Notes under the pieces: generated by a model
Databases searched by the model: none
What the model was told of the DNA's origin: nothing
What the model saw: the letters and a program-made list of their open reading frames with translations, nothing else
Translations under genes and position numbers: made by a program
Source: Burkholderiales bacterium
Lineage (GTDB): Bacteria > Pseudomonadota > Gammaproteobacteria > Burkholderiales > JAHFRG01
Assembly (NCBI GenBank): GCA_035543335.1
Contig: DASZZH010000025.1
Coordinates: 184,185-248,184 of the forward strand
Direction of reading: 5' to 3'
DNA length: 64,000 nt
Part shown: piece after piece, positions 8,347 through 19,099 of the stretch
Numbering within the stretch: position 1 is the first letter of the stretch
How the letters are laid out: each line of letters begins with the position of its first letter

Positions 8347-10374
8347 TTATTCCTTGATGAGTGCGGCGATTGCTTGCCGATGGCGCTCAAATTCGTGCTC
8401 GAAGTCCAGCGTCTTGCGGTTGCTGGACATGGCGAATAACAGATTACCGTGTTTGACCAACAACCAGATGCGGCGTTCCCGCAGGTAGAGCATGGCGAAC
8501 ACGCCCAGTACCAGCAGCACCGATCCGGTATATACGATATTCTTACCCGGCGAGCGGGTCAATTGCAGTCCGCTCGCCTTGACTTCCTGGTAGTCCGCGA
8601 GCTGCAGATAAACCGGTGCGCCGTAGATGAAGCTGTCGTTGATGGCATTCAAGGCGTCGCCCACAAACAGCACAGTCTGGTCGTTGATTGCCGCCGGCTT
8701 CAAGCCCGCGTCGCGGCGCACCATTTGCAGCGCCTCGACTGCCGCGCTTTGCAGAATCTTGACATAAATCGTTGCGACTTTCTCCTGCTCCAGCTGCGGC
8801 ACCGATTCCTTGAGAAACGCATCGAGCGCGGCATAGCCGTCGCGGACGAACATCTCCAGGACTTTTTCGGTGCTGGCAGTGAGCTTGCTACGCATGGTTT
8901 CACTCACCGCATCCCCCTGCATGGCGGTGGCCGCGAACCGGCGCGCGATTTCGTCCCCCGCCTTGGGGTCAAACAACAGCGCCCGCAGTTGCATGTAAGT
9001 GTCCAGCGTGCCCTGTTCATCCAGCGGCAGGCGCAAATAGCGGAACGGTTCGTTGGGATCGGAACGCACACCACTTAACATAAAGCCGCGATTATCGATT
9101 TGCACCGGCAGCATGTAGTTGTTGAATTCCATAGCCTGGCCTTGCGCGTCGCGAAGTTTATACTGGAAGCTCGGCCCGACATTGCGCAACTGTTTGTTGC
9201 CCTCAATATTCGCCGCGGGACCCAGCAATTTTCGCGAGAGTCCCGCTTCCTGGGGCATGTCGCGTCCGCCTATGTTCTCGACGTTGAACGGACGGAAGTC
9301 GGTGAATTCCACGTCGTATGCGTTGTTTTCCGTGACCAGGGGCGCCACCTCATGCACCTTGCCCTGCAATCGGGAAGGCTTGCTGGTTTTGGATAACAGC
9401 GGCCACACCTGGAGATTCAGGCGGGTGCCGCCGTCGGAAAAACTCGCCTGGTAAATGGCGACGCCCCGGTAAATCAGCGGGTGGTTGACGGTGATGGTGT
9501 GTTCAAAGGATTTCCCCGTTTCCCTGTCGGTCACGACCAAATCGCTGGCGAAGGTTTTGGGCTGGCCGGTGCTGTAATGCTCGATGTAAAACTTTTTCAC
9601 CCCGATGCCGAAGGGCAGCTCCTGCACCATGTAGCCGTCGCGCACGTTGAGGAACGCCACGTCGGCGCTTGCGCCTTCCGGGATGGTGACATTGCCGCGG
9701 AACGAAAGATTGGAAGAGGACAAGCGGCTTTGTGGCGGCACCTGGCTTTGCGGGACGTCGCGTGTTTCGATGGTTTTGTTCCCGAGCCATTCCTGCAGTT
9801 TCAACGGTACATTGCCGTCCATCAGCCCGCCGATGCAGATAATCACGACTGCCGCATGCGCGAAAATATAGCCCAGGCGCTGCAGGCTCTCGGTCTTTGC
9901 TGCAACCAGCAATCCATCCTGACCCGATGCATTGGTCTTGCAGCGATAGCCCCGGGCGCCGAGGTAAGCAGCGGCGCGCAGGGCTACCGCGTCCGGCTTC
10001 AATGCATGGGAGAACTCCGCGCGATGGGCGAACAGCCGTAAGGATTTTTCCGTTGCGTGCTCGCGGAAACTTCTCATCTCGCGCAGCATCAGCGGCCCGT
10101 TGCGGTAAACGCACAGGCTGGTGGAAGCGACCAGAAAACACAGTATCGCCAGAAACCAGCCGACATGATACACGTCATAAAGCCCGAGCTTCTCGAACAA
10201 GGCAAACCAGAACTGGCCGAATTGCGTGATGTAGTTGGGATACGGCTCGTTTTGCCGCAGCACCGTCCCTATCACCGAAGCGATGCCGAGCACGGTGAGC
10301 AGGCTGATGGCAAAGCGCATCGAGCTTAACAGCTCATACCAGGCTTGACTTAAATTAGAGGCAGGCTTGACCAT
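8347..10374 (-). CDS. ccsB: Cytochrome c biogenesis protein CcsB/ResB (System II)
   Basis: About 675 aa with N-terminal TM helices and a large periplasmic domain, located upstream of ccsA. The ATG at 10374 is preferred over the GTG at 10398. Confidence 0.8.
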   Translation of the reverse strand: MVKPASNLSQAWYELLSSMRFAISLLTVLGIASVIGTVLRQNEPYPNYITQFGQFWFALFEKLGLYDVYHVGWFLAILCFLVASTSLCVYRNGPLMLREMRSFREHATEKSLRLFAHRAEFSHALKPDAVALRAAAYLGARGYRCKTNASGQDGLLVAAKTESLQRLGYIFAHAAVVIICIGGLMDGNVPLKLQEWLGNKTIETRDVPQSQVPPQSRLSSSNLSFRGNVTIPEGASADVAFLNVRDGYMVQELPFGIGVKKFYIEHYSTGQPKTFASDLVVTDRETGKSFEHTITVNHPLIYRGVAIYQASFSDGGTRLNLQVWPLLSKTSKPSRLQGKVHEVAPLVTENNAYDVEFTDFRPFNVENIGGRDMPQEAGLSRKLLGPAANIEGNKQLRNVGPSFQYKLRDAQGQAMEFNNYMLPVQIDNRGFMLSGVRSDPNEPFRYLRLPLDEQGTLDTYMQLRALLFDPKAGDEIARRFAATAMQGDAVSETMRSKLTASTEKVLEMFVRDGYAALDAFLKESVPQLEQEKVATIYVKILQSAAVEALQMVRRDAGLKPAAINDQTVLFVGDALNAINDSFIYGAPVYLQLADYQEVKASGLQLTRSPGKNIVYTGSVLLVLGVFAMLYLRERRIWLLVKHGNLLFAMSSNRKTLDFEHEFERHRQAIAALIKE

Positions 10375-10440
10375 GATGCGGACAAAAGAGGGTGACACGA
10401 GTCACCCTTTTTTAGTTTCGTCGGGCGTTGAAAAAGAATT

Positions 10441-11064
10441 TTAGCGCAGTCCGGAAATGTATTCCGCCACCGCGCGCATTTCCTGGTCGGTGAGCTTGAC
10501 GGCGATGGCGCGCATCATCTTGCTGTTGTCGTCCGCCCGCTCGCCACTCTTGAACGCTCTCAACTGAGCAATCACATATTCCGCGTGTTGTCCGGAAAGG
10601 CGCGGAAACTGCGAGGGAATGCCGGCGCCGTTCGGCGTGTGGCAGCCGGCACAGGCGGGAACGGCCGAGGCCGCATTGCCGCCACGGTAAATTTTCTGTC
10701 CGAGCGCCACCAGCTCCTTGTCCCTGGCCATGCCCGGCTTGGGTTTCTTCCCGCCGAAATAGGCGCCCAGGTTTTTCATGTCTTCTGGTGTAAGATTGGC
10801 GACCATGCCGCCCATCACCGCGCTTTTGCGTTCACCGGATTTGAAACTCAAAAGCTGCTTGGTAAGATACTCGGGATATTGCCCGGCCAGGTTGGGGTTC
10901 GCCGAAATCGTACTGTTGCCGTCCGTGCCATGACAAGCAGCGCAAACTTGGTTCACGATGGGTTGCGCTTTCGCCGGGTCCGCCTCGCGTAACGCAGGTT
11001 CGGCAAAAACGGGAAATACCGCCATCATTCCCGCAGCCGCCACCAGCGCAATGGATGCGTTCAT
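10441..11064 (-). CDS. Dihaem cytochrome c4
   Basis: Signal peptide plus two CxxCH motifs (CAACH, CAGCH), each followed by a distal Met region. Confidence 0.9.
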   Translation of the reverse strand: MNASIALVAAAGMMAVFPVFAEPALREADPAKAQPIVNQVCAACHGTDGNSTISANPNLAGQYPEYLTKQLLSFKSGERKSAVMGGMVANLTPEDMKNLGAYFGGKKPKPGMARDKELVALGQKIYRGGNAASAVPACAGCHTPNGAGIPSQFPRLSGQHAEYVIAQLRAFKSGERADDNSKMMRAIAVKLTDQEMRAVAEYISGLR

Positions 11065-11148
11065 CCGCGCGAACTCCTTAAATGTATTAGCCGCACATTT
11101 TATATCAGCTTGGCATACACGCGCTATCCGCCAGGCGCTTAGGAATTA

Positions 11149-11185
11149 CCGTCGCAACCGCGCGGGATTTAATCAGAGGTTCTCC
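11149..11185. repeat. Solo copy of the E2-type right terminus
   Basis: CCGTCGCAACCGCGCGGGATTTAATCAGAGGTTCTCC compared with E2 4684-4720 CCGTCGCAACCACGCGGGACCTAATCAGAGGCTCC. It ends 4 nt before the engB TTG start. Confidence 0.7.
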
Positions 11186-11189
11186 AGCT

Positions 11190-11795
11190 TTGAGTAAATT
11201 CACGTCCCTATCCCAGCAAGCTTCATTTTTTGTTTCCGTCACGGATTGGCGCGACTTGCCGCCGGAGGATGGCGCGGAGATCGCTTTCGCCGGCCGCTCC
11301 AATGTCGGCAAATCCAGCGCCATTAACGCGCTAACCCGGCGTCGCAGTCTTGCTTATGTTGCAAAAACACCGGGGCGCACCCGGCAAATCAATTTTTTCA
11401 GATTGGACGATAACGGTTATCTGGTCGATCTACCGGGTTATGGCTACGCCAAGGTGCCGGAAGCCATCAGCAGGCGCTGGGAATTGCTTTTAAGTAAGTA
11501 CTTGCAAACCAGAATCAGTTTGATCGGCCTAGTGCTCGTTCTGGACGCGCGACATCCCTTAACGCCGCTGGACCAACAGATGCTGGACTGGTTTGCCCCC
11601 ACCGGCAAGCCGGTGCTTATCCTTTTGAGCAAGGCAGACAAACTGACTAGACAGCAAGCAAATCGCACTTTGCGTAAAGTAAACGACTTGCTGGCGCAAT
11701 TCTATCCCTGCTCTACCGCGCAGCTTTTTTCCAGCGCCACGCACACCGGGCTGGTCAAAGCCGAAGAAGTTTTGGCTCAATGGCTGAAGCGCTGA
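11190..11795 (+). CDS. engB: Ribosome-biogenesis GTPase EngB/YihA
   Basis: G1 GRSNVGKSS, G3 DLPGYG and G4 SKADK. TTG start. Confidence 0.9.
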   Translation: MSKFTSLSQQASFFVSVTDWRDLPPEDGAEIAFAGRSNVGKSSAINALTRRRSLAYVAKTPGRTRQINFFRLDDNGYLVDLPGYGYAKVPEAISRRWELLLSKYLQTRISLIGLVLVLDARHPLTPLDQQMLDWFAPTGKPVLILLSKADKLTRQQANRTLRKVNDLLAQFYPCSTAQLFSSATHTGLVKAEEVLAQWLKR

Positions 11796-11820
11796 CGGAG
11801 ACTTAATTCCAAGCCTTTAA

Positions 11821-11859
11821 AATAAAAAACCCCCGGCTAAAGGGGAGTAAAACCGGGGG
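11821..11859 (-). terminator. Hairpin plus U-run that reads as a terminator only on the minus strand
   Basis: CCCCCGG...CCGGGGG stem. The A-run at 11824-11829 on the plus strand gives a U-run for a minus-strand transcript. There is no U-run on the plus side. Confidence 0.4.
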
Positions 11860-12039
11860 CGAAACGCCTTAATAGGATTAAGGCACCCGCTCAGGGAGGA
11901 GAAGCGGGAGACGAAAAAAATCGTCTGCAATTGAGATTACTTCCCCAGCCCACAAGTTCCCCTCCCGATTAAAAAAAAACTATTTTACTATCAATTACTT
12001 ATTTCCACAAACGAAAGGGCATATGCATGGTGTAAGTAA

Positions 12040-13176
<1,137 letters not shown>

Positions 13177-13183
13177 AAGCCAG

Positions 13184-13789
13184 TCAAAGCCGAAGCAAGT
13201 TTTCCACCACCACGGCTCGGGCGCGCTCCAGGGGTTTGCCGTCGGGTGAAGTTTTCAAAGCGTGGCGCTGGTCATTGGTGGCAAAAACCGCAATTTTCAC
13301 TTCGACGTCCTCTCCCTCCACCGTAAACAAAGGTATCGTCTGCAGTTCTTCGCCCACATACAGCCGCCTCTCGCCTCTTTTATAGGGAATCTGCCGGTTC
13401 AATAGAAACAGTTCGACATCTTTCACGCTGTCCACAAAGAGTTGCAGATTGACATCTGAATGCCGGCCCGCGGTGCCGGAAAGCACCGAGCCGGTCAAAT
13501 GCGGATTGAAATCCTTAAGCAAACGCATCATCGACAGCGCCTGCTTGCGCAGGTGCTTAAGCACCGTCCGCTGCTCCTCGCCCTGGTAGAGCGACTGATA
13601 AGCGCGCAGCGCTTCCTCCACTTCCTCATTGGTGGGAAGCTCGCGCAAATTGGCTACGCCCGCCTGGTACGCCGCCTTGCGCTTGGCCAAGCCAAAATCG
13701 GCGATACCGTCCTGCGCCATCAGCCGCGCAGCCTGGTGCGCGATGCGGCTGCGCAAGTGTTGTCGCTTAAGTCCTGAGTCTCTAGGCAT
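13184..13789 (-). CDS. Conserved hypothetical protein, possible nucleotidyltransferase fold
   Basis: 201-aa ORF. TGSVLSGTAGRHSDVNLQLF resembles the hG[GS]x9-13Dh[DE]h NTase signature, with the second acidic residue replaced by N. Confidence 0.5.
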   Translation of the reverse strand: MPRDSGLKRQHLRSRIAHQAARLMAQDGIADFGLAKRKAAYQAGVANLRELPTNEEVEEALRAYQSLYQGEEQRTVLKHLRKQALSMMRLLKDFNPHLTGSVLSGTAGRHSDVNLQLFVDSVKDVELFLLNRQIPYKRGERRLYVGEELQTIPLFTVEGEDVEVKIAVFATNDQRHALKTSPDGKPLERARAVVVENLLRL

Positions 13790-13800
13790 CGCCCCCTCGT

Positions 13801-16134
13801 CTAGAACAACTGATTCTTGATTTCTTCCGGCGGCTTGCCCGGATTGAGCGGGTTGCCGCCCAGACCAAATTCCTGTTCCGACGGCAGATTCTCTTGGTAA
13901 AAATATTCGATGATACCGTTATTGTTTTCCGGGTCACGCAAGCCGGTGTCCGGATTGATGCGCGCGGTCATGACGCCGTCCGGTATAGGATAAGTTGCTT
14001 CCGGCACGCCTTTCAGCACTTTCCCCATATACTCCATCCAGATGGGCAGCGCCGCCATCGAGCCGGTTTCTTTTTCTCCCAGCGGGTGCGGCTGATCAAA
14101 GCCGATCCACGACACCGCCACCAGAGTTGTGTAGTAGCCCGCAAACCAGGCGTCCACGTTTTCGTTGGTGGTGCCGGTCTTCCCGGCCAGATCTTTGCGT
14201 CCGAGTTGCATCGCACGCACCCCGGTGCCCTGACGGATCACGTCCTGCATCATCGTGGTCACGATAAAGGCGTTGCGTGCGTCGATCACCCTCTGCGCGC
14301 CTTCACCGGGACGCTCCGGCTTCGCCTGCGCAATCACATTGCCGCGCTCATCCTGGATGCGGTCGATGTAATACGGCGTTATACGATAGCCGCCGTTGGC
14401 AAACACCGCATAGCCTGCGATCATCTGCCAAAGCGTGGCCGAACCCGCGCCCAGCGCCATGGTGAGATAAGGCGGATGTTGCTTGGGGTCGAAACCGAAG
14501 CGCGTGACGTAATCCTGGGCATATTGCGGCGTGATGGCCTGCAAGATGCGTATGGACACCAGGTTTTTGGAGCGGGCCAGCGCCATGCGCAGTCGTATCG
14601 GCCCATCGTAGCCGCCTTCGTAGTTTCGCGGCTCCCAGTCCTGGTTGCCGGTCTGTGCGGGATCCACCACCAGAGGCGCATCGTTAATCACGGTGGCCGG
14701 CGTAAAGCCTTTTTCCAGCGCGGCCGAGTAAATGAAGGGCTTGAAGCTCGACCCCGGCTGGCGCCAAGCCTGGGTCACATGGTTGAATTTACTGCGGTTG
14801 AAATCAAAACCGCCCACCAAAGCGCGGATCGCGCCATCTTGCGGGTTCAAGGACACCAGTGCCGCTTCCACTGCTGGCAGCTGGCTGATTTGCCACTGGT
14901 CGCGCTCGTCTTTCTGTACGCGTATCAGGGTGCCCCTGCGGATGCGCTGGTTGGGTTTGGCCCTTGCACCGATGTTCTTCGCCACAAATTTCAGGCGGTC
15001 GCCGGTGATTTCTACGATATCACCCCCCTTGCGGTAAGCTTTGACCGATTTTTGACTCGCTTCCAGCGCCACTGCGGGAATCAAATCATCGCTTTCGCTC
15101 ACCTCGGACAACGCATCTTCCATGATGTCCTCGGCTTCATCCTGATTTTGCGGCAATTCAATATAGCCTTCCGGGCCGCGGTAGCCGTGGCGGCGGTCGT
15201 AATCCATCACCCCCTTGCGCAGCGCGCTATACGCCGCGTCCTGATGGGATTTCAGCACCGTGGTATAAACATTGAAGCCCTTGGTGTAGGCCTCGTCCTG
15301 GTAGCGCTCGACCATCGCCTGCCGTACCATCTCGGCCACGTAGTCCGCGTGCAGGACGAAATCCTGCTGTTCGCGCCTCACTACAATCGGGTCCTGGTCG
15401 GCTGGTCTGAATTGCTCGTCGCCAATCAGCTTGAGTTCGAGCATGCGCCGCAGAACATATTGTTGCCGTTGCTTGGCGCGCTTCGGGTTGGAGATGGGAT
15501 TGTCGCGCGAGGGCGCCTTGGGCAGACCGGCCAGCATCGCCATTTCTCCCAAGCTCAGCTTGTCCAGTGGCTTGCCGAAATAGGCCTGGGCGGCGGCGGC
15601 GAAACCGTAGGCGCGCTGACCAAGATAAATCTGGTTAATGTAGATCTCGAGAATCTGGTCTTTGGTCAAATTGCCCTCGATCTTGAACGCAAGCAGCGCC
15701 TCGTTGAATTTGCGCGCCAGGGTCTTTTCCTTGGTCAGGAAGAAATTGCGTGCCACCTGCATGGTGATGGTGCTCGCCCCCTGGCGCGTGGCGCCGGAGG
15801 CAAAATTCGAATAAGCCGCGCGCAGCACCCCCAGATAATCCACTCCGCCATGCTGGTAAAAGCGTTCGTCCTCGGCAGCGAGGATCGCCTGTTGCATCTG
15901 CTTGGGGACGCGGTCTATTTTCACCAGGTTGCGCCGCTCTTCGCCGAATTCCCCGATCAGGTAGCCGTCCGCGCTATACACCCGCAGGGGTATTTTCGGC
16001 TGGTATTGGGTCAGTGCCTCTAGCGAGGGCAGACTGGGGTAGGCCAGGATGGCGGCAAAACCGAGAAGAAGGGCACCAGCCAGCCCGAATCCCAAACCAG
16101 CCAATATGAGGTAGCTCAGCCACCGAGCAAACAT
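13801..16134 (-). CDS. mrcA: Penicillin-binding protein 1A (bifunctional glycosyltransferase/transpeptidase)
   Basis: GT51 motifs (EDERFYQHGGVD, RQGASTITMQ) and transpeptidase motifs SSFKP, SKN and KTGT. The start is probably the ATG at 16134; the track ORF extends to 16215. Confidence 0.9.
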   Translation of the reverse strand: MFARWLSYLILAGLGFGLAGALLLGFAAILAYPSLPSLEALTQYQPKIPLRVYSADGYLIGEFGEERRNLVKIDRVPKQMQQAILAAEDERFYQHGGVDYLGVLRAAYSNFASGATRQGASTITMQVARNFFLTKEKTLARKFNEALLAFKIEGNLTKDQILEIYINQIYLGQRAYGFAAAAQAYFGKPLDKLSLGEMAMLAGLPKAPSRDNPISNPKRAKQRQQYVLRRMLELKLIGDEQFRPADQDPIVVRREQQDFVLHADYVAEMVRQAMVERYQDEAYTKGFNVYTTVLKSHQDAAYSALRKGVMDYDRRHGYRGPEGYIELPQNQDEAEDIMEDALSEVSESDDLIPAVALEASQKSVKAYRKGGDIVEITGDRLKFVAKNIGARAKPNQRIRRGTLIRVQKDERDQWQISQLPAVEAALVSLNPQDGAIRALVGGFDFNRSKFNHVTQAWRQPGSSFKPFIYSAALEKGFTPATVINDAPLVVDPAQTGNQDWEPRNYEGGYDGPIRLRMALARSKNLVSIRILQAITPQYAQDYVTRFGFDPKQHPPYLTMALGAGSATLWQMIAGYAVFANGGYRITPYYIDRIQDERGNVIAQAKPERPGEGAQRVIDARNAFIVTTMMQDVIRQGTGVRAMQLGRKDLAGKTGTTNENVDAWFAGYYTTLVAVSWIGFDQPHPLGEKETGSMAALPIWMEYMGKVLKGVPEATYPIPDGVMTARINPDTGLRDPENNNGIIEYFYQENLPSEQEFGLGGNPLNPGKPPEEIKNQLF

Positions 16135-16288
16135 GAAAGGGTTTATTCTTAAAAAGAGGGCAGTTTTAAAAATTTTCGGAATTATAGGCACTATAGGCCG
16201 CAAAAGATATTGCAAAAAAATACTTTACATGCTTTAGGCTTGTTGCTAACATTTAATGTAAATTATACATATCGGGTCTCACTCACCT

Positions 16289-17371
16289 ATGCCCAAAGGA
16301 AAATTCAATTTCTTTGAAGCGCGGACTCCGCCTTTGCTTGGGGTGGATATCAGCTCGTCTGCAGTAAAGATGGTGGAAATCTCCGAAGCCGGTAAAGGCG
16401 GCTATAAAGTCGAACGCTACACCATCGAGCCGCTGCCCAAGGATTCGGTGGTCGACGGCAATATCTCCAACCTGGAAGCGGTTAGCGAGTCCGTCAAGCG
16501 CGGCTGGAAAAACATGGGCACGCGCATTAAAAACGTGGCACTGGCACTGCCGGCGGCGGCGGTGATTACCAAGAAAATCGTACTCGCCGGCGGGCAGAGC
16601 GAAGAAGATCTGGAGCTTCAGGTCGAAACCGAAGCCAACCAATACATCCCTTTCTCTCTTGATGAAGTCAACCTGGATTTCCAGGTCTTGGGGCCGGCAC
16701 CCAGCAATCCAGATGAAATCGAGGTGCTGATTGCAGCCTCCCGCAAGGAAAAAGTGGAAGATCGCGTGGCCGCCGCGGAAGCCGCCGGCCTCAAAGCGTT
16801 GGTCATGGACGTGGAGTCTTTCGCCACCCAGTCGGCATTCGAATTGATCGAGTCGCAATTACCGAACAATGGCAAGGAGCAGGTGGTGGCTATAGTCGAC
16901 ATCGGCACCGCGATCATGAACGTCAACGTGCTGCACAATGGGCAATCGGTCTACACCCGCGAACAGCCGTTTGGCGGCAATCAGCTCACCCAGGAAATAC
17001 AGCGCCAATTCAATCTTTCGGCGGAAGAGGCGGAAAAAGCCAAGCGCAGCGGCAACCTGCCCGAAAATTACCAGACCGACGTATTGCAGCCATTCATGGA
17101 CACGCTGGCACTGGAAGTGGCGCGGGCACTGCAGTTTTTCTTCACTTCGACCCCGTTCAGCCAGGTGCATCACATCCTGCTTGCCGGCGGCTGCGCCATC
17201 ATACCGGGACTCGACGACGTGGTGGCGAGCCGCACCCAGGTCAATATCATGATCGCCAACCCATTCGCCAACATGGCGCTTTCCAGCAAAATAAAGCCGC
17301 GGCAACTCAGCGCCGATGCTCCGGCCTTGCTGATCGCCTGTGGATTGGCCATGCGGAGGTTTGACGCATGA
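16289..17371 (+). CDS. pilM: Type IV pilus assembly protein PilM
   Basis: Actin-like ATPase fold, LLGVDISSSAVKMVE, first gene of the pilMNOPQ block, divergent from mrcA. Confidence 0.9.
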   Translation: MPKGKFNFFEARTPPLLGVDISSSAVKMVEISEAGKGGYKVERYTIEPLPKDSVVDGNISNLEAVSESVKRGWKNMGTRIKNVALALPAAAVITKKIVLAGGQSEEDLELQVETEANQYIPFSLDEVNLDFQVLGPAPSNPDEIEVLIAASRKEKVEDRVAAAEAAGLKALVMDVESFATQSAFELIESQLPNNGKEQVVAIVDIGTAIMNVNVLHNGQSVYTREQPFGGNQLTQEIQRQFNLSAEEAEKAKRSGNLPENYQTDVLQPFMDTLALEVARALQFFFTSTPFSQVHHILLAGGCAIIPGLDDVVASRTQVNIMIANPFANMALSSKIKPRQLSADAPALLIACGLAMRRFDA

Positions 17372-17958
17372 TTCGCATCAACCTTCTGCCGCACCGCGTA
17401 CACAAGCGCAAGGCGAGGGAACGCCAGTTCTATTTCATGACCGGCCTGTTTGCCGGTTTGGGCATGCTCATCGTGTTTTTTGTACACGGCGTCATCAGCG
17501 CCCGCATTTCTTACCAGCAGGAACGCAACCAATACCTGGAAAAAGAAATCACGCTGCTGGACAAGCAAATCGACGAAATCAAGAAACTCAAGGAACAAAT
17601 CCAGGTGCTGCTTGCACGCAAGAAAGTGGTGGAATCGCTGCAGACCAACCGCTCGGAAACCGTGCACCTGCTGGATCAGCTGGTGCGGCAACTGCCTGAC
17701 GGGGTGTACCTCAAAAGCGTCAAGCAGAAAGGGTCCAAGGTGGATCTTACCGGTTTGGCCCAGACCAACGCACGGGTATCAACCTTGCTGCGCAATCTTG
17801 AATCCTCGCCCTGGTTCGAGTTTCCCAATCTGGTGGAAATCAAGGCTGTGACCCAAGGCAGCACCAGGTTAAACGAGTTCAATTTGAACTTCACCCTCTC
17901 TCGGGGCAAACAGGAAGCGCAGGTTGCCAAACCCGGCGCCAAGGTTAACCGGCCATGA
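17368..17958 (+). CDS. pilN: Type IV pilus assembly protein PilN
   Basis: N-terminal INLLP motif, a single TM helix and a coiled coil. 4-nt overlap with pilM. Confidence 0.85.
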   Translation: MIRINLLPHRVHKRKARERQFYFMTGLFAGLGMLIVFFVHGVISARISYQQERNQYLEKEITLLDKQIDEIKKLKEQIQVLLARKKVVESLQTNRSETVHLLDQLVRQLPDGVYLKSVKQKGSKVDLTGLAQTNARVSTLLRNLESSPWFEFPNLVEIKAVTQGSTRLNEFNLNFTLSRGKQEAQVAKPGAKVNRP

Positions 17959-18578
17959 CACTCGATGACTTAAAAAAGCTTGATCCCAAAAACATGGGCA
18001 ACTGGCCATTCCTGCCCAAGCTGGCCGCGCTCGTCATCGGCTTTCTCGCCATCGTTTTTGCGGGTTATTGGTTTGACTGGAAGGGGCAGTTTGAAGAGCT
18101 GGAGGGTTTCCAAAACAAGGAAGAAGGCCTGCGCCAGGTGTTTATCGACAAGAAGAAGCAGGCGATCAATCTTGAAACCTACAGGAAGCAGCTGGCGGAA
18201 ATTGAGCAATCCTTCGGCGCCCTGCTGAAGCAACTGCCGAACAAGTCTGAAATGGACGCGCTACTGACCGACATCAACCAGGCCGGACTGGGCCGCGGCC
18301 TGCAGTTCGAATTGTTCAAACCGGCGGCCAACGAATCGGACTCCGACTTTTACGCCGAGCTGCCGATCACCATACGCATTACCGGCAACTATCACGAGAT
18401 CGGGGCTTTTGCCAGCGATATCGCCAAGCTGCCGCGCATCGTGACTTTGAACGATGTCAGCATTAACCCGGGTCAGGCCGGCGTGCTGACGATGGATGCG
18501 GTGGCGAAAACTTTCCGCTACCTCGATGAGGAAGAAATTGCCAAGCGGAAACAGGTGGCGAGAGGCATGAAAAAATGA
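17955..18578 (+). CDS. pilO: Type IV pilus assembly protein PilO
   Basis: Position in the operon, one TM helix plus a coiled coil. Overlapping start and stop codons. Confidence 0.85.
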   Translation: MTLDDLKKLDPKNMGNWPFLPKLAALVIGFLAIVFAGYWFDWKGQFEELEGFQNKEEGLRQVFIDKKKQAINLETYRKQLAEIEQSFGALLKQLPNKSEMDALLTDINQAGLGRGLQFELFKPAANESDSDFYAELPITIRITGNYHEIGAFASDIAKLPRIVTLNDVSINPGQAGVLTMDAVAKTFRYLDEEEIAKRKQVARGMKK

Positions 18579-19099
18579 AGCGCAAAGCCTGTACTCTGCT
18601 TCTGGGTTTGCTCCTGACCGGCTGCGGCGGCGAGGAGTTCCAGGACATCAAGGATTTCATCAAGGAATCGGAGCAGGGCCTCAAGGGCCGGGTCGAACCG
18701 CTGCCCGAAGTCAAACCGTATGAGCCCTTCAACTACAACGCGTTTGATCTTCCCGATCCGTTCAAACCACGCAAGATCGAACCCGTCAAGGGCGGTGGCG
18801 GAAAGCTGCAACCCGATGTTAACCGCCGCAAGGAAGCGCTTGAAGTTTATCCGTTGGAAAATCTCAGAATGGTCGGGACCTTGCAGCAAAAAAATGTCAT
18901 TTATGCCCTGATCAAAACACCCGACAACAATCTTTACCGGGTCAAAACCGGCAATTACATGGGGCAAAATTTTGGCCTCATCACCGATGTCTCTGAAGCC
19001 AGCTTGAAACTCAAGGAATTGATTCAAGACAGCGCGGGCGACTGGTCAGAGCGTGAAAGCAGCCTGCAGCTGTTGGATGAACAGGAGCGCAAAAAATGA
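18575..19099 (+). CDS. pilP: Type IV pilus assembly lipoprotein PilP
   Basis: Lipobox LLLTGCGG, and position between pilO and pilQ. Confidence 0.8.
   Translation: MKRKACTLLLGLLLTGCGGEEFQDIKDFIKESEQGLKGRVEPLPEVKPYEPFNYNAFDLPDPFKPRKIEPVKGGGGKLQPDVNRRKEALEVYPLENLRMVGTLQQKNVIYALIKTPDNNLYRVKTGNYMGQNFGLITDVSEASLKLKELIQDSAGDWSERESSLQLLDEQERKK

Noticed and set aside
13894-16023. Very long antisense ORFs. Examples are 709 aa opposite mrcA, 552 aa at 27360-29018 opposite gltB, 411 aa at 21915-23150 opposite aroB, 398 aa at 49037-50233 opposite glmS, and 371 aa at 3579-4694.
   Set aside because: Each lies antisense to a gene with unmistakable conserved motifs. The translations are Arg/Ala/Gly/His-rich low-complexity sequence, typical of stop-poor frames in GC-rich DNA. 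No motifs were recognised.
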